Translations under genes and position numbers: made by a program
Shown here: piece by piece, positions 18,370-27,461 of the stretch
How positions within the stretch are numbered: the first letter of the stretch is position 1
How the letters are laid out: each line of letters starts with the position of its first letter
Sequence record: SRR20825019_789
Length of the DNA stretch: 35,043 nt
Reading direction: 5' to 3' (one strand)
The notes under the pieces: generated by a model
Told to the model about the DNA's origin: nothing
The model's input: only the letters and a program-made list of their open reading frames with translations
Databases searched by the model: none

Positions 18370-19746
18370 ATGGCCAAAATAACCTCCGAGGAACTTGGGC
18401 AGGAACCCATTGGAAAATTACTGATCAAACAGGCCGTACCCGCTTCTATTGGTATTTTGGTGATGTCCCTGAACGTGCTGGTGGATTCCATTTTTGTGGG
18501 CAACTGGATAGGTTCCATCGCCATTGCCGCCATAAACGTGGTACTTCCGGTATCTTTCTTTATCGCCGCATTGGGAATGGCCATCGGTATCGGGGGATCC
18601 AGCATTATTTCGCGGGCACTGGGTGCCAATAATCGCGATAAGGCCCTAAAAACCTTCGGGAACCAGATTACTTTGACCTTGTTGGTTACCATCACCATGG
18701 TGGCTCTAGGCCTTTATTTTGTGGATAGTTTGATTCCAGCCTTTGGCGGCAAAGGTGCCATTTTTGAACCCGCCAAGATTTACTATACCATCATTTTGTA
18801 CGGAGTTCCTTTCTTGGCCCTCTGTATGATGGGAAATACCGTGATCCGTGCAGAAGGCAAGCCTCGTTTTGCCATGATCGCCATGATCATTCCATCTGTG
18901 GGAAACCTATTGATGGATTATATCTTTATTTATGTGTTCGATTGGGGCATGCAAGGTGCGGCTTGGGCCACCACGGTGGGCTACTTGCTCTGCTTTTTTT
19001 ATGTGTTTTACTTTTTTTTATCGGACAACTCCGAATTAAAAATCGATATCTCCCATTTTGGATTGGATCGATCTATTCTTCGGGAAATCGGTTCCTTGGG
19101 ATTTGTGACCTTGGCCCGACAGGCGGTTACTAGCATCACGTATTTATTGATGAACAATATATTGTTCAATTTGGGCGGGGAGGCCATGGTCGCCGTGTAT
19201 GCCATAATCGGTAGAATGCTGATGTTCGCCCTATTTCCCGTTTTTGGTGTCACCCAAGGATTTTTGCCCATCGCTGGCTACAATTATGGAGCGGTAAAGT
19301 ACGATCGGGTAAAGGAATCCATTTACACTGCCATTAAATATGCAGCTTTGGTGGCAACCCTTGTTTTTGTGGTGTTGATGGTTTTTCCTTCGGAAATAGC
19401 ATCCCTGTTTTTGAGCAATCGCCCTGAGCTGTCCCCAGAGGAAATAGAGACCAATAATTTTGTGCGCCAACATACGCCCTTGGCCATGCGATTGGTTTTT
19501 GCCGCAACGCCGATCATTGCCATACAATTGATAGGAGCCGCTTATTTTCAGGCCATTGGCAAGGCCATTCCTGCTTTGTTGCTGACCTTGACGCGTCAAG
19601 GCTTCTTTTTTATCCCGTTGATTTTGATTCTTCCCAATTTTATGGGAGAAATAGGGGTGTGGCTATCCTTTTGTATTGCCGATGTGCTTTCAACGGTCGT
19701 CACAGGATTTTTTCTTCAGAAAGAAATCAGGGCCGAACTATCTTAA
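18370..19746 (+). CDS. MATE-family efflux transporter (MepA-like)
   Basis: About 12 TM helices; VDSIFVG, ISRALGA, VIRAEGKP, GAAWAT, PIAGYNYGA, FQAIGK. Confidence 0.95.
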   Translation: MAKITSEELGQEPIGKLLIKQAVPASIGILVMSLNVLVDSIFVGNWIGSIAIAAINVVLPVSFFIAALGMAIGIGGSSIISRALGANNRDKALKTFGNQITLTLLVTITMVALGLYFVDSLIPAFGGKGAIFEPAKIYYTIILYGVPFLALCMMGNTVIRAEGKPRFAMIAMIIPSVGNLLMDYIFIYVFDWGMQGAAWATTVGYLLCFFYVFYFFLSDNSELKIDISHFGLDRSILREIGSLGFVTLARQAVTSITYLLMNNILFNLGGEAMVAVYAIIGRMLMFALFPVFGVTQGFLPIAGYNYGAVKYDRVKESIYTAIKYAALVATLVFVVLMVFPSEIASLFLSNRPELSPEEIETNNFVRQHTPLAMRLVFAATPIIAIQLIGAAYFQAIGKAIPALLLTLTRQGFFFIPLILILPNFMGEIGVWLSFCIADVLSTVVTGFFLQKEIRAELS

Positions 19747-19799
19747 ATACTTCCAGTTTGATCTAGAATGTTTAATTTGGGTCGTTTAACTAAACATCC

Positions 19800-20900
19800 A
19801 TGAAAAAATTTGTTCTTGCGGGCTTGGTTGTAGTTTTAGCATTGGCCTGCTCCGAAAAACCTGAAGAAAAACCCATGTACACCTTATTTGTTGGAACCTA
19901 CACCGATGGTGATAGCGAGGGCATCTACACCTACACTTTTGATGCGAATACTGGAGAGCTGTCCAGTAAAAAACTGGCTGCCAAGTTGACCAATCCATCC
20001 TATTTGGCCATTTCAGAAGATAAAAAACACCTCTATGCCGTTCAGGAAACCGATGATTTCGATAGTTTGGGTGGCGGTGTTACGGCCTTTAGTTTGAACA
20101 AGGATTTACTGGAACTTCAAAACAGTATGGGCACTCAGGGCGCACATCCTTGCCACGTATCATTTTCGGGTGATGGCCATTTGGCCGTAGCCAATTACAC
20201 AGGCGGTAATGTTGCCATATTTTCACTTAATGGTGATGGTTCCTTGGCCGATAATCCGCAGGTAATAGATCATAAACCATTGGATTCCGTAAAAACATCG
20301 CATGCTCACATGGCACAGTTCAATATGGATGGGCTTATGGTAACCGATTTGGGATTGGATGCTGTAAAAAGATACAGAAAAGAAGATGGTAAGTTCGTTC
20401 AAGCCGAACAAGCATCCATACCGTTTGAAGATGGAGCAGGGCCACGCCATTTTACCTTTGGTAATGAAGGTCAACTACTATACGTCATCAATGAACTGAA
20501 CAGTACCATTTCCGTTTTTGAAAGGGTTGAGAACGGAAATTACCAGGAGGTTCAAGTGGTTCCAACCTTGGCTCCCGATTTTGATGGAGAAAGCTTTTGT
20601 GCCGATCTTCACCTATCACCCGATGGAAAGTTTTTGTACGGTTCCAATCGTGGTGAAAACACCATCGTAATTTTTGCTGTGGATGGTACTTCAGGAAAAT
20701 TGGAATTGGTCGGAAGGGAATCGGTACGCGGGGATTGGCCCCGAAATTTTTCCATAGATCCAACAGGTGAATTCTTATTGGTCGCCAACAAAAAGACCAG
20801 CAACATCGTGGTTTTCAAAAGAGATACGGAAAACGGAACCCTGACTTTTTTGAATGAGACGGAACACCCTAACCCTGTTTGTTTGGTTTTTACAGAATAG
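19800..20900 (+). CDS. Lactonase-family 7-bladed propeller lipoprotein (6-phosphogluconolactonase-like)
   Basis: LALAC lipobox; FVGTYT, NPSYL, HPCH, VANYTGG, HAH, GAGPRH, YVINEL, YGSNRG, WPRNF. Confidence 0.92.
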   Translation: MKKFVLAGLVVVLALACSEKPEEKPMYTLFVGTYTDGDSEGIYTYTFDANTGELSSKKLAAKLTNPSYLAISEDKKHLYAVQETDDFDSLGGGVTAFSLNKDLLELQNSMGTQGAHPCHVSFSGDGHLAVANYTGGNVAIFSLNGDGSLADNPQVIDHKPLDSVKTSHAHMAQFNMDGLMVTDLGLDAVKRYRKEDGKFVQAEQASIPFEDGAGPRHFTFGNEGQLLYVINELNSTISVFERVENGNYQEVQVVPTLAPDFDGESFCADLHLSPDGKFLYGSNRGENTIVIFAVDGTSGKLELVGRESVRGDWPRNFSIDPTGEFLLVANKKTSNIVVFKRDTENGTLTFLNETEHPNPVCLVFTE

Positions 20901-20901
20901 A

Positions 20902-21837
20902 TCAAGGATTTAGGTTCAATTGAATCAAGTGGTAGTCCTCCAATTTGGAAGTGTCTATTATTTGATCTGATGTCTCATCGAACATGTCCATTTGAGAATC
21001 AGCAACATAGTACATGTGATTGTTGTGAATTGCAAAAGTTGTTGGGATATCCGTTGGGTTCTCAAATGACCCAAGTTTGGATTGCCCAGTAATTTTGGTT
21101 CCCGATTTATTTAAGGTAAACTGAAAAATACCATTCTTTTCAGGGTTACGTCGAGCATTCACGATGCAGATCAAAGTATTTTTATAAAACTTCATTCCAT
21201 CGATTCCCTTGTGGTCATTGGGAAAATTTAGCAGTTTTTTGGTGGCAATATCCAATATGCGGATTCCACTTTTCATTGAAGCAATATAAAGGTACTGCCC
21301 ATTGTCGGAAACCGTAATTCCGTTCGGGTGCTGTATTTCTGTATTTGAAAAATAGATTTCCAAATGTCCATTTTTCTTATTTTGTGTATATATGGCGGAA
21401 TGTTCAGAATCCGTGATGTAAAAATTACCGTTATGACCTACAGCTATATCGTTGAGGTAAGATTTATCAAAATTCTTCAATAAATACGTATTGATCAATT
21501 GACCGGTCGAAACATCTAACAACAGTAAAATGGATTGGTTGTCCGGACCTGTATGGCTATTGCCCAGAGCAAAAAGTGTATCACCTTTTATGGTCATTCC
21601 AAAACCAGAAAGGTAACCAAATTGGTTGCTTTCTATAAAAACTTCAGGTTGCGTACCATCCAGATTGGACCTTACAATTTTGTTTTTAAAAAGGCTGTTC
21701 AGATAAACTTTTTGGGAAACAGGATCAATGGCGATGCCCTCTGGAATCAAATCTTTATGAAAATTCAATTTGACACTGTGGTTGCTTTTGGAACAAGATG
21801 TTATCAAAACAACTGCTAGAATGAATATTACACGCAT
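20902..21837 (-). CDS. SMP-30/gluconolactonase-like 6-bladed propeller lipoprotein
   Basis: From ATG 21837: MRVIFILAVVLITSC lipobox; IPEGIAID, LNDIAV..FYITDS, PNGITVS, IDGM, PTT. Confidence 0.78.
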   Translation of the reverse strand: MRVIFILAVVLITSCSKSNHSVKLNFHKDLIPEGIAIDPVSQKVYLNSLFKNKIVRSNLDGTQPEVFIESNQFGYLSGFGMTIKGDTLFALGNSHTGPDNQSILLLLDVSTGQLINTYLLKNFDKSYLNDIAVGHNGNFYITDSEHSAIYTQNKKNGHLEIYFSNTEIQHPNGITVSDNGQYLYIASMKSGIRILDIATKKLLNFPNDHKGIDGMKFYKNTLICIVNARRNPEKNGIFQFTLNKSGTKITGQSKLGSFENPTDIPTTFAIHNNHMYYVADSQMDMFDETSDQIIDTSKLEDYHLIQLNLNP

Positions 21838-21842
21838 GATAT

Positions 21843-22937
21843 TTACTTTTTGGAAAGAAAAACAATCACACCAATCAAAATTAGTCCAGCAAGAACAGTA
21901 AAGAATATTTTCCAAAAACTATAAGGTCGTGTGCCCGAAATTTGCCCGTTTTCCCCATTGATAAAAAAATTGTATTCTTTGCCATTGTAGCGATAGGCAC
22001 TCACGTAAACGGGCAATAGAATATGCTTAAAAGTCTCCTCGGAGAGTTTCATGTCCATGGAAAGCACACGTTGGGTGTCGCCACCAATATCGCGCCTGCA
22101 CCAAGAATCTGCAATGTCCTTTGCCACCTCTTTGGAATGCAAATGCCCATCTTTTAAGGGGATGGTATATTTTTCGGTAACAAATCCAGATAAAAAACCG
22201 CTGTTGAAAGGTTGAAGTTTTTTCAAATCCCAAAAGGCAATTTTTCCAGGGATTCTTCCAGCCTTTTGATGTGATGCCTTGATCAACGTATCGTCCACAA
22301 AACCTGAAACTTCTCCAGCGGCTGGATACCATCTGGTTTTACGGACTCGTTGGGTCACCATTTTTCCATTCGAATTACGGACTCTTTTGGTCTCATAATA
22401 ATATTCCCCGCGCTGACCTGTATAGGAGGCGTACAATTGTGCATCAAAGGTCCAATAGGGCAAATAAAGCCCTTTGGTAAACTGAGGGTCCAGAGAGGCT
22501 TTTTTTAAGTTGTTCGGTGCAAACCATAAACGCTTTACCCACTTCTTAAAAATGATGAAGGATTGTTTTTTATCAATTTGAAAAGGGAGCACCGCACCGG
22601 GCAATATCCAATTCTCTTTGTAGGCGTCCTCTATAACCAAGGGTTGGCCGCAATACACGCAATGGAGCGATTTGTAGTTTTCTTCCACATGTTGGTCGGC
22701 ACCGCAATTTTTGCAATGCAGCATGGAGATTTCCTCACTGTGCTTTTGCGAGCCCATTTCCTGTAAAAATGGCTGTAGCTCCAATTCCTCAAACCCGTTT
22801 TTGTCCACTTCAATGGACTCTTGGTGGCCACAATATTCACAACTGATACTGGTGGTGCCAGGCTTGTATTTAAGCTCCGCCCCGCAATTGGTGCAGGCTT
22901 TTTTGAGTTCGGTCTTTTGGATTTTTTGCTCTTCCAT
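21843..22937 (-). CDS. Double zinc-ribbon protein with C-terminal TM anchor (YdjG-like; often mis-annotated as PriA)
   Basis: CTNC/CEYC and CKNC/CVYC pairs, VLPF, WFAP, GLYLPYWTFD, ILLPVY, INGENG..G.RP, terminal hydrophobic helix. No helicase motifs. Confidence 0.82.
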   Translation of the reverse strand: MEEQKIQKTELKKACTNCGAELKYKPGTTSISCEYCGHQESIEVDKNGFEELELQPFLQEMGSQKHSEEISMLHCKNCGADQHVEENYKSLHCVYCGQPLVIEDAYKENWILPGAVLPFQIDKKQSFIIFKKWVKRLWFAPNNLKKASLDPQFTKGLYLPYWTFDAQLYASYTGQRGEYYYETKRVRNSNGKMVTQRVRKTRWYPAAGEVSGFVDDTLIKASHQKAGRIPGKIAFWDLKKLQPFNSGFLSGFVTEKYTIPLKDGHLHSKEVAKDIADSWCRRDIGGDTQRVLSMDMKLSEETFKHILLPVYVSAYRYNGKEYNFFINGENGQISGTRPYSFWKIFFTVLAGLILIGVIVFLSKK

Positions 22938-22941
22938 ATCT

Positions 22942-23112
22942 TCATTCCCGTGAAGACGGGATTCTTGATGGTTTAAGGATCCCTGCTTTCACAGGAATGA
23001 TAGTATAATTAGTGTTCTGTTTGTCATTTCGAAGGAGTTTGCGACTGAGAAATCTAAATTGCAACGCAGGGATTTCTCAATCGTTGCCGAGCAAGCTCAT
23101 TTCGAAAAGACA
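22942..23112. repeat. BIME-like cluster: two pairs of inverted REP-like units
   Basis: Pair 1: tcattcccgtgaagacgggattc (22942-22964) and gatccctgctttcacaggaatga (22978-23000). Pair 2: tgtcatttcgaaggag..gactgagaaatct (23022-23055) and gggatttctcaatcg..ctcatttcgaaaagaca (23069-23112). Confidence 0.85.
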
Positions 23113-23124
23113 TTGAATAATAAA

Positions 23125-24264
23125 CTATTCCGTTGGTAAGGGCGGCGGTGTATTGCCTCCCAAGAACGATTTCAACTCATCCACCTCTTTCAAGGCGGTC
23201 CATGTGGACATGCCCTGTTTCCAAACCAAACTATCGCGGTTAATGGTCCGCGAAGCAAAAAGGGATTGCATTTGTTCAAAGCTCACGGGGCCGTGCTGTG
23301 TTCCGTTGGAAGCATAAAAATACATCGTTTGTGCAGGCATTGGCGGAGGTACTGCTCCACCCGACGATTGCGCCGCTTGTTGTGGGGCTGCTTGCGTGTT
23401 TCCGCCCATCATACCGCCCATTTGTTGGGCCAGCACAAATCCCATGCCCATGCCCATTCCGGCACCGGCGGTTCCGCCTTCGTTTTGGGCAGCTGCCTCA
23501 ATGGCTTTGGCGGTTTTGAATTTGGTTAATTTATCCAAATCAAGCTTATCGATACGGCTGTATTCGAAGATTTCCTTTTTAAGGTCTTCTGGCATGGATA
23601 CGTTCTCGATGTAGAATTTTTCCAAGGAAATCCCCACGCTTTCAAACTCGGGCGACATGACCTCGCGGCAGGTGTCCGAAAGCTCGGTGGTGTTGGCAGC
23701 ATAGAGTTCGATGGGCAAATTGGCCTGGCCCACGGTATTCGTGAACCGTGTAGCAATCAAACTTTTTAAGTGCTCGTTGATTTCAAAATTGGTAAAGTTA
23801 CTGTCCGTACCTACAATATCTTTTATAAACTTTCCAGCATCTGAAATTTTAAAAGCATAGGTCCCGAAAGCTCGGATTTCCACCAGACCAAAGCGGTCAT
23901 CACTTAAAGTGATGGGGCTTTTGGTCCCCCATTTCTCGTCAGTGAACAAGTGAGTGTTCACAAAATACACCTCCGCTTTAAAAGGAGAGTTGAATCCATA
24001 TTTCCAGCCCTTTAGAGTGGCCAGAATAGGCAAGTTTTTTGTGGTGAGGTCGTAAGTGCCGGGGGCAAATACATCGGCCAATTGCCCCTCGTTGATAAAA
24101 ACGGCGGTCTGCCCTTCGCGCACAATCAGTTTGGCTCCATTTTTTATTTCATTTTGATAGCGTTCGAAACGATGGGCAATGGTATCGTCCGTGTAGTCCA
24201 GCCACTCAACAATGTCAATAAACTCGTTGCTGAGCTTTTCTTTTATTTTTCCAAAAATATCCAT
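23125..24264 (-). CDS. SPFH/Band-7-like protein (YdjI-like) with C-terminal GYF_2 (DUF4339) domain
   Basis: IKNGAKLIVREGQTAVF, PGTY..T.NLP, SPFKAEVYFVN, KWGT..PI, AGAGMGMGMG, QHGPVS..LVWKQGM..W, PPPLP. Confidence 0.88.
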   Translation of the reverse strand: MDIFGKIKEKLSNEFIDIVEWLDYTDDTIAHRFERYQNEIKNGAKLIVREGQTAVFINEGQLADVFAPGTYDLTTKNLPILATLKGWKYGFNSPFKAEVYFVNTHLFTDEKWGTKSPITLSDDRFGLVEIRAFGTYAFKISDAGKFIKDIVGTDSNFTNFEINEHLKSLIATRFTNTVGQANLPIELYAANTTELSDTCREVMSPEFESVGISLEKFYIENVSMPEDLKKEIFEYSRIDKLDLDKLTKFKTAKAIEAAAQNEGGTAGAGMGMGMGFVLAQQMGGMMGGNTQAAPQQAAQSSGGAVPPPMPAQTMYFYASNGTQHGPVSFEQMQSLFASRTINRDSLVWKQGMSTWTALKEVDELKSFLGGNTPPPLPTE

Positions 24265-24363
24265 GGTCGTGTTTTTAGTTTAAATGATGCTTAATTTATG
24301 AAAAATGAAGATTACTTCCGTTAGATTAGTGTGAAATGACGTCGGATTGTTACAGTTGGCGTG

Positions 24364-25494
24364 TCATCTGTCAAGTTTTCCTGCCTCCCTCAACATTTCC
24401 AACACTTTTTCCTTTGGAAGTGCCTCAATTTTATGCCCATCTCTACCAATCATGGTTTCTCCTGCAAAAAGGGAATTCAGAATAGCTTCCTCGGTCGCTT
24501 CGATGGTGGCAAGGAATAGTGGGGTCATGGCCTCATTTCTCAAGGTCGGAACATTTTGAATCGGATTTTCACTCTCATAAGGAATTCGGCATGCCTCTGC
24601 CGTAGAAACGGCAATCACGTAATCACCGCTACCATTGCTTGCAATGCCGCCTGTGTGTGAAAGCCCCAACATGGCCCGTTTGGCCAAACGCTCCAAATTT
24701 CTGGAGTCCAAGGGGGCGTCGGTGAGTACGACCATCATACAGGAACCATCGGGGGAATATTTAAAACTATCGGAATAATGCCCCAGTTTTTTCCCTACTT
24801 CCACTCCAGCTACTTGCAAAACACCTCCAAAATTGGTCTGTACCAATACGCCTACGGTATACCCTCCTGATTGCTTTGGTAATACTCTGGATGATGTTCC
24901 GATACCGCCTTTGAAACCAAAACAAATGGTTCCCGTTCCTGCTCCGACACTTCCTTCTGAAACAGGGCCCGTTGATGCATTTTCAATGGCTTTAAGCACA
25001 TGCTCTTCTGTGATATGACGGCCTCGAATATCGTTGAGGTAGCCATCGTTGGTTTCGCCGACCACGGCATTTATGGAACGGACATTTTCGTTTTCAGGTT
25101 GATTGAGCGTATAACCGATTACGGCATTTACAGCCGTGGGAACACTCAAGGTATTGGTCAATATGATAGGTGTTTCCAAGTTGCCCAGCTCTTTGACTTG
25201 GGTATATCCTGCCAACTTGCCAAACCCATTGCCCACGTAGATGGCAGCAGGCACTTTTTCCTGAAAGATATTTCCTGAATGGGGTAGAATTGCGGTGATG
25301 CCCGTTCGAATATCATATCCTTGGTTTAAAGTAAATTGACCCACTTTTACCCCTGGTACATCTGTAATGGTATTTAAAGTCCCTGGACGCAACACGCCTA
25401 CTTCAACACCATGATCTCTAAGTCTGCTTTGTGCTAGCATCAATATTGGCAATATGAAAAATAAAAAACAAAAACGATGGTGTAGTCCATTCAT
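24364..25494 (-). CDS. P1/S58-family (DmpA-like) aminopeptidase, secreted
   Basis: NTITDVPGVKVG, NGFGKLAG, EGSVGAGTG, KGGIGTSSR, VQTNFG, DG/SC autocleavage-type site, SNGSGD. Confidence 0.92.
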   Translation of the reverse strand: MNGLHHRFCFLFFILPILMLAQSRLRDHGVEVGVLRPGTLNTITDVPGVKVGQFTLNQGYDIRTGITAILPHSGNIFQEKVPAAIYVGNGFGKLAGYTQVKELGNLETPIILTNTLSVPTAVNAVIGYTLNQPENENVRSINAVVGETNDGYLNDIRGRHITEEHVLKAIENASTGPVSEGSVGAGTGTICFGFKGGIGTSSRVLPKQSGGYTVGVLVQTNFGGVLQVAGVEVGKKLGHYSDSFKYSPDGSCMMVVLTDAPLDSRNLERLAKRAMLGLSHTGGIASNGSGDYVIAVSTAEACRIPYESENPIQNVPTLRNEAMTPLFLATIEATEEAILNSLFAGETMIGRDGHKIEALPKEKVLEMLREAGKLDR

Positions 25495-25501
25495 AACTGA
25501 C

Positions 25502-26008
25502 TTATTGATTTTTCAATGCGCTAACCGTCACCAACAATTGTCCCACATGGCGTTGACTGTGCTCGGCAGCATGGAACAGCAGTCCAATAACCGTTGACGG
25601 CAATTTTTTACGCCCCACAAAACGCTTCTCGGTAAGAATGGATTCAGGAGTATTTTTAAAATATTCCAAAGCCTGATTTACCTTTTTTTCAAAATCGGCG
25701 ATCAATTGTTGGGACCAGGGCGCGGATTCTCCATTGCCTTCATTTTTTAAAAAATGAAATTGCTCTTCGGTCAATCCCTTGTTATCGGCGTAGGTGAGCA
25801 TACGGTCCAATACTCCGGTAATATGTCGTAAATGAAAGCCAATAGAAGCCCGACCAAATGGATTTTCCCAAAGTTTATCCTCGGGAAAATCCGCTAAATA
25901 GGTCTTTATTTCTCGAACAGACTGTAAAAGCGCATGGGCCGCAGGCTGTAACAGTGCTGGTACATCGAGTATGGCACCACTAAGCCAATATTCTTGGGTC
26001 GTTGGCAT
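25502..26008 (-). CDS. DinB/YfiT-superfamily protein
   Basis: SIGFHLRHITG and LLFHAAEHSQRHVGQ His motifs. Confidence 0.88.
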   Translation of the reverse strand: MPTTQEYWLSGAILDVPALLQPAAHALLQSVREIKTYLADFPEDKLWENPFGRASIGFHLRHITGVLDRMLTYADNKGLTEEQFHFLKNEGNGESAPWSQQLIADFEKKVNQALEYFKNTPESILTEKRFVGRKKLPSTVIGLLFHAAEHSQRHVGQLLVTVSALKNQ

Positions 26009-26026
26009 TATCTTTATTTATCTATT

Positions 26027-27451
26027 TTAAAAATCACGATAATCCCCGGCCAAATATTTGTTGGCTTTTTCTTCTTTGAACTGTGCAGTTTCTGCATCCC
26101 AATGCAAGGTTTCTCCTGGAAAACGACCGGCAATGGTGCCCAACAGAATGGTTTCTGTCAATCTTGCGGCATAATCAAAAGGAGCGGTTGTGGTATCCTT
26201 CCCCAAACAAGCGTCCACAAATTGATGATAGTGCTTGGGACCTTCGGTAGCATAATTTCGGATGGGTTCACCCAAATTGTGCTCTTCGGATACCTTGGCT
26301 ATTTCTTTGGAGATATCCACATATTTGCCACGAACGATCTTTTTGGGCAATTGCATAAAGTGGGGCAACAATAAACGTCCTTTGGTTCCGACGAACATGG
26401 CTCCTTGTTCTGGCAACTCATTTTCACCAGCAACACCAGCATCCAATGAAATGCTGTTTTCATCACTCTTACCGGAGGTATCTTTGTCCTTTTTCATTTC
26501 CATTCCTGGCAACAAAAGGTCTTCGTGCATTTCTGGTGCTCCGGGGCCATCATACCAAACCCATTTCAGGGATTTTCCGGTGTATTCTGTTCCTGGAAAC
26601 TCGTAGGTTACGGTATTCTTTTCCGGAAAACCGAATCCGTTGGTCGGTCTACATTCCGTTTTAATGGTTCTGGGCACATCCAGATTAAGGGCATTGTACG
26701 GAGTGTCAAAAATGTGAACACCCATATCGCCCAAGGTACCGCAACCGTAGTCCATTAACTTTCTCCAGTTGCCCGGGTGGTACATATCATCTTTATAGGG
26801 ACGTTGTTTTGATGTTCCCAACCAAAGGTTCCAATCCAACTGGTCCGGAACGGGGTCTTCACCCTCTGGTAATGGGCCATCATAACCCCAGTTTTTAGGG
26901 GACCACGCATGTACGGTATGCACTTTTCCAATGATGCCGGACTGTATCAAAAGCGTGGCCAGTTTATAGTCGTAAAAGGAATGTACCTGTATGCCCATTT
27001 GGGTGACCAGTCCTTTCTCGGCGGCCACCTTTTTCATTTCCCTGGATTCGGAAACGTAGTGGGTCAACGGTTTTTGGCAGTACACGGGCTTGTCCATGTT
27101 CATTGCCATCAGGGAAGCCGGGGCATGTGTGTGGTCAGGGGTGGAAACAATTACCGCATCGATTTCGTCCCCCATTTCTTCCAACATGGCACGGTAATCA
27201 AAAAAGATACGTGCTCCGGGGTGCATTTTGTGTGCCGTGGATAAGTTGATTGCATCCACATCGCATAGTGCTATCACTTCAACAGCACTATGGGAAGAGA
27301 CCGCTTTTAAATCCTCCATTCCCATGTTACCGACCCCAATATGGGCGGTGCGAAGTTTGTCTTTTGGGAATCCTGCCTTTAAAATTGAAGGTGCCAGCAT
27401 AATACCGAGCGCCCCAACACTACTTTTTTTTAAAAATTCTCTTTTGTTCAT
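26027..27451 (-). CDS. Gfo/Idh/MocA-family NAD(P) oxidoreductase with Tat-like signal
   Basis: MNKREFLKK leader, IGVGNMG, STPDHTHA, YCQKPL, LDWNLWLG, LGDMGVHIFD. Confidence 0.93.
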   Translation of the reverse strand: MNKREFLKKSSVGALGIMLAPSILKAGFPKDKLRTAHIGVGNMGMEDLKAVSSHSAVEVIALCDVDAINLSTAHKMHPGARIFFDYRAMLEEMGDEIDAVIVSTPDHTHAPASLMAMNMDKPVYCQKPLTHYVSESREMKKVAAEKGLVTQMGIQVHSFYDYKLATLLIQSGIIGKVHTVHAWSPKNWGYDGPLPEGEDPVPDQLDWNLWLGTSKQRPYKDDMYHPGNWRKLMDYGCGTLGDMGVHIFDTPYNALNLDVPRTIKTECRPTNGFGFPEKNTVTYEFPGTEYTGKSLKWVWYDGPGAPEMHEDLLLPGMEMKKDKDTSGKSDENSISLDAGVAGENELPEQGAMFVGTKGRLLLPHFMQLPKKIVRGKYVDISKEIAKVSEEHNLGEPIRNYATEGPKHYHQFVDACLGKDTTTAPFDYAARLTETILLGTIAGRFPGETLHWDAETAQFKEEKANKYLAGDYRDF

Positions 27452-27461
27452 GGTCTGGAGG

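Noticed and set aside
21843..22937. PriA/primosomal helicase call for the CxxC protein
   Set aside because: No Walker A/B or SF2 helicase motifs, too short, and it has a TM anchor.
22942..23112. CRISPR array, tRNA or IS ends
   Set aside because: The units are inverted rather than direct repeats with spacers. There is no cloverleaf and no cas or transposase gene.
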